From positions 2,496,001-2,560,000 of the forward strand of contig OY761159.2 in the NCBI GenBank assembly GCA_963664395.2: a DNA stretch of 64,000 bases. The letters are read 5' to 3'. Positions 39,499 to 49,643 of this stretch are shown piece after piece. Numbering within the stretch: the stretch's first letter is position 1; each line of letters begins with the position of its first letter. Both the position numbers and the translations under genes were made by a program. This stretch comes from Candidatus Binatia bacterium (GTDB taxonomy: Bacteria; Desulfobacterota; Binatia; Bin18). The notes under the pieces are model-generated. The model made no database searches, was not told where the DNA came from, and worked only from the letters and a program-made list of their open reading frames with translations.

Positions 39499-40431
39499 TC
39501 ATCGCTGCCATTCCCCCATTCTCACGTAACGAATTGCTGCAAGGGCGGCTGTTGCTCCGTCTCCAGCCGCAGACACGAGCTGCCGTGAGGAGTCGCTGCG
39601 GACATCACCGGCTGCCAGGACGCCAGGCGTTGCCGTCCGCATCCAGAGATCGGTCACAATCTGCCCCTGCGCATTGAGCGGAACAAGGTCTCCCAGAAAT
39701 CGGGTATTGGCAGTCAGGCCGATGTAGAGAAATACGCCGGTGACATCCAGACGGGAGGGCTGCCCCGTTGTCACGTCTTCGAGCCGTATCCTTTCGACAC
39801 CGGTGGCGCCTTCGATTGCCCGCACAACGGTATTCCAACAAAAGGAGAGCTTGTCGTTTGCCTGTGCCCGTTCTTGCAAAAGCTGACAGGCGCGCAGAGC
39901 ATCACGCCGATGAATAACCGTGACGTGCGAGGCATACTGGGTGAGATGGAGTCCTTCATCGAGCGCAGCATCACCCCCCCCAACAACGGCTACCGGCTTA
40001 TCCATAAAAAATGCGCCGTCACACGCCGCACAGTGCGAGACCCCTTTGCCCACAAATTCTTCTTCACCGGGGATGCCGAGCGTTGAAAAATGTGAGCCAG
40101 TCGCGACGATTAGCGCTTTTGTTTGAAAGGGACCGCTATCCGTTTGCAGCACGAGCACCTCGCCGTCCCGCTGTACTGCGCTGACCTCTGTCAGTTGCAG
40201 CTCAAGCCCGAGGCTGGTTGCCTGGTGTTGCAGCAGTGGCCCAAGGGTATAGCCGGCGACGCCATCCGGAAAACCCGGATAGTTTTCAATATGCTCGCAG
40301 TTAAGCACCTGCCCGCCGGCAGAAAAGCGTTCGAGCAAGAGCGCCCGGCAGCGATCCCGCGCGGCATATAAGCCAGCGGTAAATCCAGCCGTGCCGCCGC
40401 CTATGATAATGATGTCGTATGGTTGTGACAT
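39499..40431 (-). CDS. trxB: Thioredoxin reductase
   Basis: IIGGG.AG, IENYPGF, GVSHCAACDG, VVGGGD.A, AAGDV. Confidence 0.92.
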   Translation of the reverse strand: MSQPYDIIIIGGGTAGFTAGLYAARDRCRALLLERFSAGGQVLNCEHIENYPGFPDGVAGYTLGPLLQHQATSLGLELQLTEVSAVQRDGEVLVLQTDSGPFQTKALIVATGSHFSTLGIPGEEEFVGKGVSHCAACDGAFFMDKPVAVVGGGDAALDEGLHLTQYASHVTVIHRRDALRACQLLQERAQANDKLSFCWNTVVRAIEGATGVERIRLEDVTTGQPSRLDVTGVFLYIGLTANTRFLGDLVPLNAQGQIVTDLWMRTATPGVLAAGDVRSDSSRQLVSAAGDGATAALAAIRYVRMGEWQR

Positions 40432-40557
40432 GGGTTTATCCTCAATTGTCTCAGTTGAAAAAGTGGTGAGCATAATAGCTGAGCGCTGGGCGTTCAGCTA
40501 TGAGCCACCTTATGCTCTTTTTGATCGACCAAGAGCCATTGCTGGGGCATCTCTGGA

Positions 40558-41028
40558 TTGTCGAGGAACATCAAGCCCGAATCCGAGGTGCAAGCGAGTA
40601 AGCTCGACATGGGAGGCCGGTTGGGATTGCCCGACTGGCACAAATTTGCCATATGGAAGGGCATGCCTGGTTTACTGCGCTTACTGCTCTGGGACCGCTT
40701 TCGGCGCGCGGTGGCGCATGCTTTTGCCGTTGGCCCGGTATCAACCCAACTCTCCCCGCAGGACCTTCAGCTTCTTGAAAAAGTGGCCAACGCCATTGTG
40801 AGCCGGAGACTTGACACACCGGCGGTCCTATTGCTCGAATCCAGCGAACCGCTCAATTTTCTCAGTAGCCAGATCATTCAAGGGCTCCGGCCTTTTCTCG
40901 ATCTCGTGTGTGCGCCGACAGAAACTGAACGGCTGGCCTGTATTCTGGAGCGGAGAGATGCCGTGTCCCGGCTTGTTCGGCTCATCCATGCGCAGCACGA
41001 TAAAGCGCCCTCTTCTTCTCCGCTATGA
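40558..41028 (+). CDS. Conserved hypothetical protein, first gene of the GlmL-like operon
   Basis: LLEKVA..IV.RRL..PA.L.LES..PLNF..SQ; stop overlaps the next ATG. Start uncertain. Confidence 0.65.
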   Translation: MSRNIKPESEVQASKLDMGGRLGLPDWHKFAIWKGMPGLLRLLLWDRFRRAVAHAFAVGPVSTQLSPQDLQLLEKVANAIVSRRLDTPAVLLLESSEPLNFLSSQIIQGLRPFLDLVCAPTETERLACILERRDAVSRLVRLIHAQHDKAPSSSPL

Positions 41029-42884
41029 ACCCTGAAGACCTGCGTGTCATCCTGGCGACGGATTGTGGCAGCACTACAACCAAGGCCGTCCTGATCCAAT
41101 ATCAAAACGACGAGTACCGACAAACGCACCGGGGCGAGGCGCCAACTACGGTTGAGGCTCCCTTTGAAGACGTGACGCGTGGGGTGCTGAACGCCATACA
41201 AGAGATTGAGGAGCTGTCCGGGCGGACTATTTTGGATGGGGAAACAATCCGTACTCCGGCCCATGGTTCGACGGGGGTTGATATTTATATTTCGACCAGC
41301 AGTGCCGGCGGCGGCCTCCAGATGGTCGTTAGCGGGGTTGTCCAGGCCATGTCGGCGGAGAGCGCCCAGCGCTGTGCATTAGGGACTGGGGCTATTGTCA
41401 TGGATGTGCTGGCCGCAAATGATGGCCGTCCGAGCCATGAAAAAATTGAGCGGATACGTCAACTTCGGCCTGACATGATTTTGTTTGCCGGTGGGACGGA
41501 TGGTGGCACAGTCTCCCATGTGGTTGAGGTGGCCGAGTATATTGCCGCGGCCGACCCAAAGCCGCGCTTGGGTCTGGGGTATAAACTCCCGGTCATCTAT
41601 GCGGGTAATAGAGACGTCCGGACTGAGGTGCAGGACATTTTAGGAGAGAAGGTTGCGCTGTCCGTTACTGAGAATATTCGGCCGGTGCTTGAACAAGAAA
41701 ACCTCAGGCCGGCCCGACAGAAAAGCCATGATCTTTTTCTTGAGCATGTCATGGCGCAGGCACCTGGATATAAAAGGCTTATTTCGTGGGTGGGCGCCCC
41801 TATTATTCCAACCCCAGCGGCCGTCGGCATGCTCATAGAAACGGTTGCCCGCCGCGAAGGGCTGAATGTCATTGGGGTCGATATTGGGGGGGCGACGACC
41901 GATGTCTTTTCGGTCTTTGATGAGATTTTCAACCGGACCGTGAGTGCCAATCTGGGCATGAGCTATAGCGTCGCAAATGTCGTCGCCGAAGCCGGACTGG
42001 AGCATATCCAGCGCTGGTTGCCATTTTCCTATGAAGAGTCCCGGCTTCGGAATCAGATTACAAATAAAATGATCCGGCCAACAACCATACCGCAGACGGT
42101 TGAAGACCTGCATATTGAGCACGCTATTGCGCGCGAAGCCCTGCGTTTGGCCTTGGAGCAACACAAACAGTTAGCCGTTGGGTTGAAAGGCGTACAACAG
42201 GAACGCTCTGTGTCCGACGCATTTGCACAAGCCCACTCAGGACAAAGCCTGATTGAGCTGTTCGCACTCGATCTCGTGATTGGCAGTGGCGGTGTTTTGT
42301 CCCATGCGCCCCGCCGCGTCCAAGCCATGCAAATGCTTGTCGATGCGTATCTCCCGTTGGGTCTGACGCAGATTGCCGTTGACGGTATTTTTATGATGCC
42401 ACATTTGGGTGTGCTTTCGACGGTGCATGAACAGGCGGCCACCGAGGTGTTTCATAAAGATTGTCTGATCCCGCTTGGTACCTGTATCGCCCCGAACGGT
42501 GTAGGAGATCCGGGGGAGCCGTGTTTTTCTTATGCTCTTCAGTTCCCTGATGGGACGAGACAAGAAGGCGCGGTGACCTGTAGCAGCCTGATACATATTC
42601 CTCTGGCACTGGGTCAGGCTGCGGATATTGAACTGCGACCCTCTCGAAAATTTGACTTTGGAGCTGGCCGAGGAAAGACCCTCACCGGGATAGTAACTGG
42701 CGGGGAGGTCGGCCTCTTGCTCGATGCCCGGGGCCGGCCACTGCCGTTCCCCACAGACGAAGATACCCGAGTGCAGCAGGTCCGGGAGTGGCACCACGCC
42801 GGGGATATGTATCCCGCGCAACAGGGCCGAGACCTACAGGTCTCGGCCCCTGAGAAACATCCTCAAAAATTCTTCAGTCCTTAG
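41025..42884 (+). CDS. GlmL/MutL(glutamate mutase reactivase)-like ASKHA protein
   Basis: TDCGSTTTK, SSAGGGL, GGTDGG, PTP.AV, VDIGGATTDVFS, RTV..NLGM, GSGGVL. Confidence 0.85.
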   Translation: MNPEDLRVILATDCGSTTTKAVLIQYQNDEYRQTHRGEAPTTVEAPFEDVTRGVLNAIQEIEELSGRTILDGETIRTPAHGSTGVDIYISTSSAGGGLQMVVSGVVQAMSAESAQRCALGTGAIVMDVLAANDGRPSHEKIERIRQLRPDMILFAGGTDGGTVSHVVEVAEYIAAADPKPRLGLGYKLPVIYAGNRDVRTEVQDILGEKVALSVTENIRPVLEQENLRPARQKSHDLFLEHVMAQAPGYKRLISWVGAPIIPTPAAVGMLIETVARREGLNVIGVDIGGATTDVFSVFDEIFNRTVSANLGMSYSVANVVAEAGLEHIQRWLPFSYEESRLRNQITNKMIRPTTIPQTVEDLHIEHAIAREALRLALEQHKQLAVGLKGVQQERSVSDAFAQAHSGQSLIELFALDLVIGSGGVLSHAPRRVQAMQMLVDAYLPLGLTQIAVDGIFMMPHLGVLSTVHEQAATEVFHKDCLIPLGTCIAPNGVGDPGEPCFSYALQFPDGTRQEGAVTCSSLIHIPLALGQAADIELRPSRKFDFGAGRGKTLTGIVTGGEVGLLLDARGRPLPFPTDEDTRVQQVREWHHAGDMYPAQQGRDLQVSAPEKHPQKFFSP

Positions 42885-42908
42885 TACGCATTACCTATTC
42901 TTGAGATC

Positions 42909-44072
42909 ATGGCTCACGCATATACTCCAGGCCTGAGGGTCACAGCTGACACGACCATTCAAAAGACACGGCTTCTTCCTCTTCCTGGAGAAGTGGTCGT
43001 ATCCGAAGGAGACAGCGTCTCCGCCACCACTGTGGTGGCGCGGACCGAGCTGCCCGGACGGGTGTATCCCATTAATATTGCCAATCGCTTGAGCATCTCT
43101 CCCGGTGATGTCTCTCGGTATCTCCTGGCCCGTGAAGACGAGCGGGTGACCCAAGGCCAAGTCGTGGCTGAGAACCGCCCTTGGCTCAAGTGGTTCCAAA
43201 CACAAGTCCGTGCGCCTGTCACAGGGACTATCGAAACGGTCTCACACCGAACCGGCCAGGTCTTCTTGCGCGAACCGCCCCAAGTGCTTGATCTGGGGGC
43301 CTATATAGCCGGGCAGGTCACCACGGTCATGCCGCAGCACGGGGTAGTTGTTGCGGCCCGGGGGGCGCTCGTGCAAGGCATCTGCGGGGTTGGTGGTGAG
43401 ACGCATGGTCCTCTGACCTTCGGTGTTGAAACACCTGAAGAGACGCTTACTGCTGCGCATCTGACCCCTGAACAGCGGGGCTATATTGTCATTGGGGGCG
43501 CGTTTGTCCAGCCTGAAGCCTTTGCACGAGCCCGTGAAATCGGCGTCCACGCCCTCATTGTTGGCGGGGTAGACGCTGCCGACCTCAAAGCGCTGCTCGG
43601 CTATGACTTGGGGGTTGCTATTACCGGAACGGAGCACATTGGATGTACCCTTATTCTGACCGAGGGCTTTGGGCGGATTCCTATGGCCCGGCGTACGTTT
43701 GAACTGTTCGCTGCTCATAGTGGTCGGCTGGCCTCGTGTAGTGGAGCAACCCAGATTCGCGCTGGGGTGATTCGTCCCGAGATTGTTATTCCGAGACCCA
43801 GCGCGTACAAGACCTTCAATACGGAGGCTGCCGTGCAAGGAAGGCACGGTGCGGAGGCAGGCATTCAAGTGAGTGACGTGGTGCGCATCATTCGGGAACC
43901 GTACTTTGGCAGCCTCGCTCGGGTCAGGGCGCTGCCACCTGAGCTTCGGCGGATTCCAACCGAAAGTACTGTCCGCGTGCTTATTGCAGAGTTACCGGAT
44001 GGTCAAGAGATCACTATTCCTCGGGCGAATGTGGAGATGATTGAGGGGGAGGAAGATGGGACTAGGGATTAG
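42909..44072 (+). CDS. Conserved hypothetical protein with barrel-sandwich-like repeats and KOW-like C-terminus
   Basis: GEVVVSEGDSV...VVA, E.ERV..GQVVA...VRAPVTGTI, GYDLGVAITG.E, VRIIREPYFG..A.V. Confidence 0.65.
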   Translation: MAHAYTPGLRVTADTTIQKTRLLPLPGEVVVSEGDSVSATTVVARTELPGRVYPINIANRLSISPGDVSRYLLAREDERVTQGQVVAENRPWLKWFQTQVRAPVTGTIETVSHRTGQVFLREPPQVLDLGAYIAGQVTTVMPQHGVVVAARGALVQGICGVGGETHGPLTFGVETPEETLTAAHLTPEQRGYIVIGGAFVQPEAFARAREIGVHALIVGGVDAADLKALLGYDLGVAITGTEHIGCTLILTEGFGRIPMARRTFELFAAHSGRLASCSGATQIRAGVIRPEIVIPRPSAYKTFNTEAAVQGRHGAEAGIQVSDVVRIIREPYFGSLARVRALPPELRRIPTESTVRVLIAELPDGQEITIPRANVEMIEGEEDGTRD

Positions 44073-45399
44073 GGGCTGGGGGTTAGCCGCTCGTGAAGAA
44101 CGCCGTCAGCGTTCGGATACGGGTGGGGCATGCCAGCCCTCGACGTGCTGGGTTGTGCTGCTTGGGCTGACTATGCTCCTTTCCTTTCTTGTGCAGGTCA
44201 GGGTGCTCGCCTCCGATTATCCCCTGACTGGCGAAGCCTTCGATATGCCGGGGGACGGTGGTGGCAGCATCGGCCTACGCTGGGAAGGGTACTTTGAAGA
44301 GACGGGAGAGGCACGCTACCAGGTTTTGCTCGGTGACCGGGAGCAGGGTGAGTTTCGAGTGGTCGCGACGTTTCCTGCCAATACCCACTATGAAAAAGAC
44401 CGTCCGGCTCCGTGGTGGATGAGATGGATTGTTGGTACTCCGCAACCAGGCGCGCATTTCTTTCGAGTCAGCACTGGCGCAGATGTCCCATTGGTGAATG
44501 GGAGGCGATATTTCGTGAAAATTGTTGCTCTCATTGGGGGAGAACGATTTGAGAGTCCGGTGTTCTCGGCGCTGCCTCAGCCGAACTGGTTTCAGTGGGG
44601 CAAGCTCAATAACTTTCTTTTCATGCTCGCGTTTAGCACCGGCGTGCTGCTCTCGATTCGCTCGGCCCGGACGAATCCCAATATCTTTCTTCGTCGTATC
44701 CCCGGCATTGATGCGGTCGAAGAGGCGGTTGGCCGGGCAACGGAAATGGGTCGGCCGATTTTATATCTGACCGGCAGTGGCGAGTTAACGGGGAGCGGCG
44801 ATGCGTCCAATCTGTCGACTATTGCGGCCACCGTTATTCTGGGAGAGGTGGCGAAGCGGGCGGCCGTGTATGGGACGGCCATAAAAGTCCCGCATCGTTC
44901 GGCCATTGTGATGGCCATTTCCCAGGAAATAGTCAAAGAAGCCTACCTGACCGCTGGTCGGCCGGACGCCTATTCTGACGACAGCAATTTTTTTATTACC
45001 GCAGACCAATTCGCGTATACCGCGGCGGTTGACGGCATCATGCTGCGCGACCGGCCGGCGGCCAATTTTTTCATCGGCTATTACTACGCCGAGGCGCTGC
45101 TGCTGGCCGAGACCGGCGCTACAACAGGAGCGATTCAGATTGCCGGGACGGATGCGGAGCATCAGTTGCCATTTTTTATTACTGCCTGTGATTATACCCT
45201 GATAGGTGAGGAGCTGTATGCCGCCAGTGCCTATCTGTCGCGCGACCCCGCGCTGGTCGGTACGCTCCGCGGCCAGGATTTGGGGAAAGGCTTCTTACTC
45301 ATAGGTCTGGTGTTGGGAACAGTGCTCATCACAATAGGTGATCTTACCGGACTGGCCATCTGTGAGACCGCCGTTCAGGTTTTCCACGATTTTCGGTAG
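44056..45399 (+). CDS. Membrane protein with an extracytoplasmic FN3-like domain and a conserved C-terminal domain (DUF6754-like)
   Basis: LRRIPGIDAVEEAVGRATEMGRP, QIAGT...QLPFF..ACDY.LIGEELYAASAYL. Start uncertain. Confidence 0.65.
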   Translation: MGLGIRGWGLAAREERRQRSDTGGACQPSTCWVVLLGLTMLLSFLVQVRVLASDYPLTGEAFDMPGDGGGSIGLRWEGYFEETGEARYQVLLGDREQGEFRVVATFPANTHYEKDRPAPWWMRWIVGTPQPGAHFFRVSTGADVPLVNGRRYFVKIVALIGGERFESPVFSALPQPNWFQWGKLNNFLFMLAFSTGVLLSIRSARTNPNIFLRRIPGIDAVEEAVGRATEMGRPILYLTGSGELTGSGDASNLSTIAATVILGEVAKRAAVYGTAIKVPHRSAIVMAISQEIVKEAYLTAGRPDAYSDDSNFFITADQFAYTAAVDGIMLRDRPAANFFIGYYYAEALLLAETGATTGAIQIAGTDAEHQLPFFITACDYTLIGEELYAASAYLSRDPALVGTLRGQDLGKGFLLIGLVLGTVLITIGDLTGLAICETAVQVFHDFR

Positions 45400-45421
45400 G
45401 AGCGCTGGGCAGGAGGAAAAA

Positions 45422-46069
45422 GTGCTTTTCTGGCAACGCACAGTCCCACTCTTGATTACTTTTGTGTTTGGGCTGGCGCTTGTCCTGCAATACTATGTGC
45501 CCCATCCTGCCTCGGAAAGTTTTTTGCAGGAGGTTTCGCTCTGGAATCAAATTATTGCCGGGTTCGCCATCGTGCTGGGCGTCGGGAGTCTGCTTTCAAA
45601 CCATTACCTTAAAATCAAGCGTCAGGAAGCCGGCTGGGGATATAGCGCGGTGCTGTTCGTGTCACTGTTCACCGTGTTCGGGGCCGGGCTGTGGGCTGAG
45701 GGAAAAGCCGCCGGGACTTTCTTTGGATGGCTGTACGAGTATGTCTTGGTGGCGCTTCAGGGAACGATGTTCTCACTGCTGGCTTTTTTTGTCGCGTCCG
45801 CGGCCTACCGGGCTTTTCGGGCGCGGACGCTTGAGGCGACGGTTCTGCTCAGCGCAGCCGTCCTGGTTATGGCTGGCCGTGTTCCCCTCGGTGAGTATGT
45901 CCTGCCTGGGGTCGGATATATCTCCGACTGGATTATGAATGTACCGAACACGGCGGCCCAACGCGGCATTCTGATTGGCGTGAGCTTGGGCGGTATTGCC
46001 ACCTCGATCAAAATTATTTTTGGGATCGAACGCGCCTATCTGGGGGGAAGCCATAATGACGGTGCGTGA
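45422..46069 (+). CDS. Conserved hypothetical polytopic membrane protein
   Basis: AGGAGG RBS plus GTG; about 6 hydrophobic helices; TMFSLLAFFVASAAYRAFRAR, GIERAYLG. Confidence 0.75.
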   Translation: MLFWQRTVPLLITFVFGLALVLQYYVPHPASESFLQEVSLWNQIIAGFAIVLGVGSLLSNHYLKIKRQEAGWGYSAVLFVSLFTVFGAGLWAEGKAAGTFFGWLYEYVLVALQGTMFSLLAFFVASAAYRAFRARTLEATVLLSAAVLVMAGRVPLGEYVLPGVGYISDWIMNVPNTAAQRGILIGVSLGGIATSIKIIFGIERAYLGGSHNDGA

Positions 46070-46895
46070 GTTTGCCCTGCGTGTGTTGCAATTGGACCGG
46101 CGTTTCATCTTTGTGCTGATGGGCTTGGTGACGTTGCTTCCTTTGCTCTACCCACTCGGCCTGCCGGTGCGCGTTTCGCCGGAAGCGTACAATATCTATG
46201 ACACGCTTGAGCACCTGCCTGAGCGTTCGGTGTTACTCGTGTCGCTTGATTTCGACCCGGCCTCAAAACCCGAACTCTACCCCATGACCGTTTCGCTCTT
46301 ACGTCATGCTTTTGCCAGAAACCTGCGCGTCGTGACTCTGACCCTCTGGCCGGCGGGAACGAGTATGGCGGAGTCCGCGGTCATTCAATTTGCCGAAGAA
46401 GCCGGCAAGAAAGATGGGACGGACTATGTCTTCCTCGGCTACGGGCCTGGGGAAGCGAATGCCATTATCAGTATGGGGCAGAGTCTGACCGACGCATTTC
46501 CAACCGATTACGCCGGCCGGAAAACCGACACGCTGCCCGTGCTCGCAGGCGTCCGCAGCTTACGCGATATTGATTATGCCATCAGCCTCAGCGCCGGCTT
46601 TCCCGGCCTCGAGACCTGGTATGTGTACGGCAAAGAGAAGTACGGCTTTGAGCTTGGCGGGGGCTGTACCGCAGTCAGTGCACCCAAGTTTTATCCGTTC
46701 CTGCAGACTGGACAAATTAATGGTCTGCTGGGCGGACTACGCGGCGCAGCCGAATATGAAACGCTGCTCAATCAGGCCGGTAAAGCGACCGCCGGCATGG
46801 ATGCGCAATCAGCCACCCATTTTCTTATTATCGGTCTGATTGTCGTCTGCAACGTCTGCTCCGTGCTGAGTGGCCGTAGGCGAGGGCGCTTATGA
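46056..46895 (+). CDS. Conserved hypothetical membrane-anchored alpha/beta protein
   Basis: N- and C-terminal TM segments; DFDP...PEL.P, DYV.LGY, G.LGG.RGAAEYE. Confidence 0.75.
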   Translation: MTVREFALRVLQLDRRFIFVLMGLVTLLPLLYPLGLPVRVSPEAYNIYDTLEHLPERSVLLVSLDFDPASKPELYPMTVSLLRHAFARNLRVVTLTLWPAGTSMAESAVIQFAEEAGKKDGTDYVFLGYGPGEANAIISMGQSLTDAFPTDYAGRKTDTLPVLAGVRSLRDIDYAISLSAGFPGLETWYVYGKEKYGFELGGGCTAVSAPKFYPFLQTGQINGLLGGLRGAAEYETLLNQAGKATAGMDAQSATHFLIIGLIVVCNVCSVLSGRRRGRL

Positions 46896-47650
46896 GTCCG
46901 GAGACGATGACCATAGTGGGCGCATGGGTTGCCACGGGTTTAAGCCTGTTTATCTATTCGTTTCTGTATAAGGATAATCCGTTCTTCAAGCTGGCTGAGC
47001 ATATCTTTGTCGGTGCTTCGGTCGGCTATCTTTTGGTCATCACGTACCATGAAGTCATACTTAAAAAGCTCGCTGTGCCCCTTATCGAGCAGCACGAATG
47101 GCGGCTGGTTATTCCGCTTCTCCTCGGCCTCCTGCTGTTAGCTCGGTTTTTCCCTCGCCTGGCCTGGAGCAGCCGCATTACGTTTGCCTTTATTTTAGGG
47201 GTGAGTTCAGGGGTGGCAATTCCGCGCCAACTGTCCTCGTTTATTTTGCAGCAGGTCCAGGGCACCTTGAAGCCACTCCTCACTGTTGACCCCATGGGAG
47301 GAGTCAGCTTCGGCCTGGCTGAACTGAACACGCTCCTTATTCTTATTGGCGTCGTCAGCGTTCTCGTCTACTTTTTTTTCTCTATTGAACACACCGGTAG
47401 CGTTCGTAGCGTGGCACGAGTTGGGATCTGTTTTCTCATGATCTCGTTCGGTGCCGCCTTTGGCTACACCGTCATGGCCCGCATGTCGCTGCTCATCGGT
47501 CGATTCGACGAGCTGATTCTGTACGCGGCGCCGGAGTATGGATATGCAACGATTGTGCTACTAGGAGTCGTGACGGGAGGGCTCGTATGGTGGCAGCGGC
47601 GATCTTTTCAGACGGATATCAAGACCCCGCCTACTGAAGGGACACAATAG
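46892..47650 (+). CDS. Conserved hypothetical polytopic membrane protein
   Basis: YSFLYKDNPFFK.AEHIFVG, FLMISFGAAFGYTVMARMSLLIGR. Confidence 0.75.
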   Translation: MSPETMTIVGAWVATGLSLFIYSFLYKDNPFFKLAEHIFVGASVGYLLVITYHEVILKKLAVPLIEQHEWRLVIPLLLGLLLLARFFPRLAWSSRITFAFILGVSSGVAIPRQLSSFILQQVQGTLKPLLTVDPMGGVSFGLAELNTLLILIGVVSVLVYFFFSIEHTGSVRSVARVGICFLMISFGAAFGYTVMARMSLLIGRFDELILYAAPEYGYATIVLLGVVTGGLVWWQRRSFQTDIKTPPTEGTQ

Positions 47651-47662
47651 CAGGACAGGCGA

Positions 47663-48118
47663 TTATTCCCCAGCTTCTTCGGCTGCTGCGGCTTCTTCAG
47701 ATTGCGCCGCCGCCTTGGCCTTTTCAGCCAGGGCTATGACCTCGCTCATAGCGCCGACCTCTGGAATTTGGAGCCGGGTGCCTTTGATGCGGGCTGCCTT
47801 ACCGGATCGTTCACGTAAGTAGTACAACTTGGCACGCCGGACTTTCCCCCGAGCGAGGATTTCGATCTTCTCAATGCGCGGAGAATGCAAGGGGAAAATA
47901 CGCTCGACACCGACCCCGTACGACACTTTGCGGACCGTAAAAGTTGCCCGGTTCCCCTTGCCGTTCGAACGGCTGATGACCGCGCCTTCAAAGACCTGAA
48001 CCCGCTCTTTGTCGCCCTCAATGATCTTGGCATGGACGCGAACGGTATCTCCGGCTTTAAACTTTGGAATATCAGTCTTTTGCTGTTTGGCCTCAATGGC
48101 AGCGAGTAGGTTGCTCAT
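47663..48118 (-). CDS. rplS: 50S ribosomal protein L19
   Basis: [40 protein letters not shown]. Confidence 0.97.
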   Translation of the reverse strand: MSNLLAAIEAKQQKTDIPKFKAGDTVRVHAKIIEGDKERVQVFEGAVISRSNGKGNRATFTVRKVSYGVGVERIFPLHSPRIEKIEILARGKVRRAKLYYLRERSGKAARIKGTRLQIPEVGAMSEVIALAEKAKAAAQSEEAAAAEEAGE

Positions 48119-48296
48119 GATGATGTTCTCCTCTGCAGTCTTTTCGTGTGCACTGTGCAGCCAGCAGGACTCAAGATACAGCGTGTCCGAGTCTGCCTCA
48201 CCTGAGACAGAGAGGTGCAGTATTGCCATGTATTTGCTGAGTACGGACGGCGAGGGCTGACTGCCTTCCTTGTATTACCCTGCCCCTGACAGACGG

Positions 48297-48860
48297 TCAA
48301 GTCGGCGTCCCCAGCAGACGATCAAGCATAATAGCCGCTGCTGCACGAACGGACAGGTGGTTATACGCTCCACACCCCTGAATTGGTTCAAGAATTGCCT
48401 CTGCCTGGGCGAAAACCTCCTCTGTCAGCCCCCAGCCGGTTCCCAAAAGTAAGAGGATGGGGCAATGCTCTTGTTGCACACTGGCGCGTATTTCGGCAAA
48501 GGTCAGACGCTCTCCCCCGCCCTTTGCCGATGTTGCAATGACGCGAGGCGGCTGATCTGCTGCACGAGTAATGGCCGCCCGAACCTCCTCAAGCGAGTCA
48601 GCCAAAGAGACAATGGAAAGGGCGTCTTTGCGGGTTTTATTATACACACTGCCATGCCCGTTTTGCCAATGGTCCAGGATTTTTTCCGCCAGCGCCTGGA
48701 GCGTTCGTACCGGATTGACCACGAAATACCGTTTGACTCCGTAGGTTAATGCAGACCGAGCAATATCGTGAATGTCCATATTGGTAATGGAGGTGGTCAC
48801 GACTTTATGCTCTTTGTCGTACACCGGGTGATGAATCAGTGCGATATAGACGTCGGCCAT
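48297..48860 (-). CDS. SPOUT RNA methyltransferase (DUF2168-like)
   Basis: ALIHHPV, DIHDIARS..TYG, GTGWGL, YNHLSVR.A.AI.LDRL. Confidence 0.85.
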   Translation of the reverse strand: MADVYIALIHHPVYDKEHKVVTTSITNMDIHDIARSALTYGVKRYFVVNPVRTLQALAEKILDHWQNGHGSVYNKTRKDALSIVSLADSLEEVRAAITRAADQPPRVIATSAKGGGERLTFAEIRASVQQEHCPILLLLGTGWGLTEEVFAQAEAILEPIQGCGAYNHLSVRAAAAIMLDRLLGTPT

Positions 48861-48908
48861 GAGCGCCTTTGCTGTGCGTGGCAAACAGGGACTATGCCGG
48901 CACGGTCT

Positions 48909-49640
48909 CTACTCGTCTTCATCCTGAATCTGCTCGAGCCAGCCCTTTTCTGCGGGCTTCAGGGCTGCCTTTTTGAGCAGGTCCGGTCGACGTTTCTGTG
49001 TCCGCAGCAGTGACTGTCTGCGTCGCCAATCGGAGATCTCCGCATGATGGCCGGATAAAAGCACGTGAGGAACCGGCATACCACGGAACTCTTCCGGTCG
49101 TGTATAGTGTGGATATTCAAGCAATCCGGTACTGAAAGACTCGTCTTCGGTTGACTCTTTCCGCCCGACCACACCAGGGACAAGCCGGGCAACGGCATCA
49201 ATCAGTACGAGGGCAGCAACTTCTCCCCCGCTGACAATATAGTCTCCAATGGAAATCTCTTCATCAACAAACGCCAGAACACGTTCATCTACCCCTTCAT
49301 AGCGACCACAGACAAGGATCAATGCCTCGTCAGCCGCCAGCTCGGCCGTTTTGGCCTGGGAAAGGGACTGTCCTTGAGGAGAGAGGAAAATACGCCTCGG
49401 ATTGTGTAAAGGCCGACTCACCGCTTCGACCGCGTTGACAAGGGGCTCGGGGGTCATCACCATGCCCCATCCCCCCCCATAGGGCGAATCGTCTGTTGAA
49501 CGATGCTTGCCTGGTGCATAGTCACGCAGATTATGCACGCAAAACGAAAGGATAGCCTTGTCCTGGGCCTTTTGTAACAGGCCGGTAGAGAGCGGCGAGG
49601 TAAACCACTCCGGGAAAATCGTAATAATGTGAAACTGCAT
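48909..49640 (-). CDS. trmD: tRNA (guanine37-N1)-methyltransferase
   Basis: DD.PYGGG.GM, CGRYEGVDER, SIGDY..SGGE, LLEYPHYTRP. Confidence 0.97.
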   Translation of the reverse strand: MQFHIITIFPEWFTSPLSTGLLQKAQDKAILSFCVHNLRDYAPGKHRSTDDSPYGGGWGMVMTPEPLVNAVEAVSRPLHNPRRIFLSPQGQSLSQAKTAELAADEALILVCGRYEGVDERVLAFVDEEISIGDYIVSGGEVAALVLIDAVARLVPGVVGRKESTEDESFSTGLLEYPHYTRPEEFRGMPVPHVLLSGHHAEISDWRRRQSLLRTQKRRPDLLKKAALKPAEKGWLEQIQDEDE

Positions 49641-49643
49641 GGG

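Noticed and set aside
41025-42884. DNA mismatch repair MutL
   Set aside because: The motifs are ASKHA-type, not GHKL. Only the name is shared.
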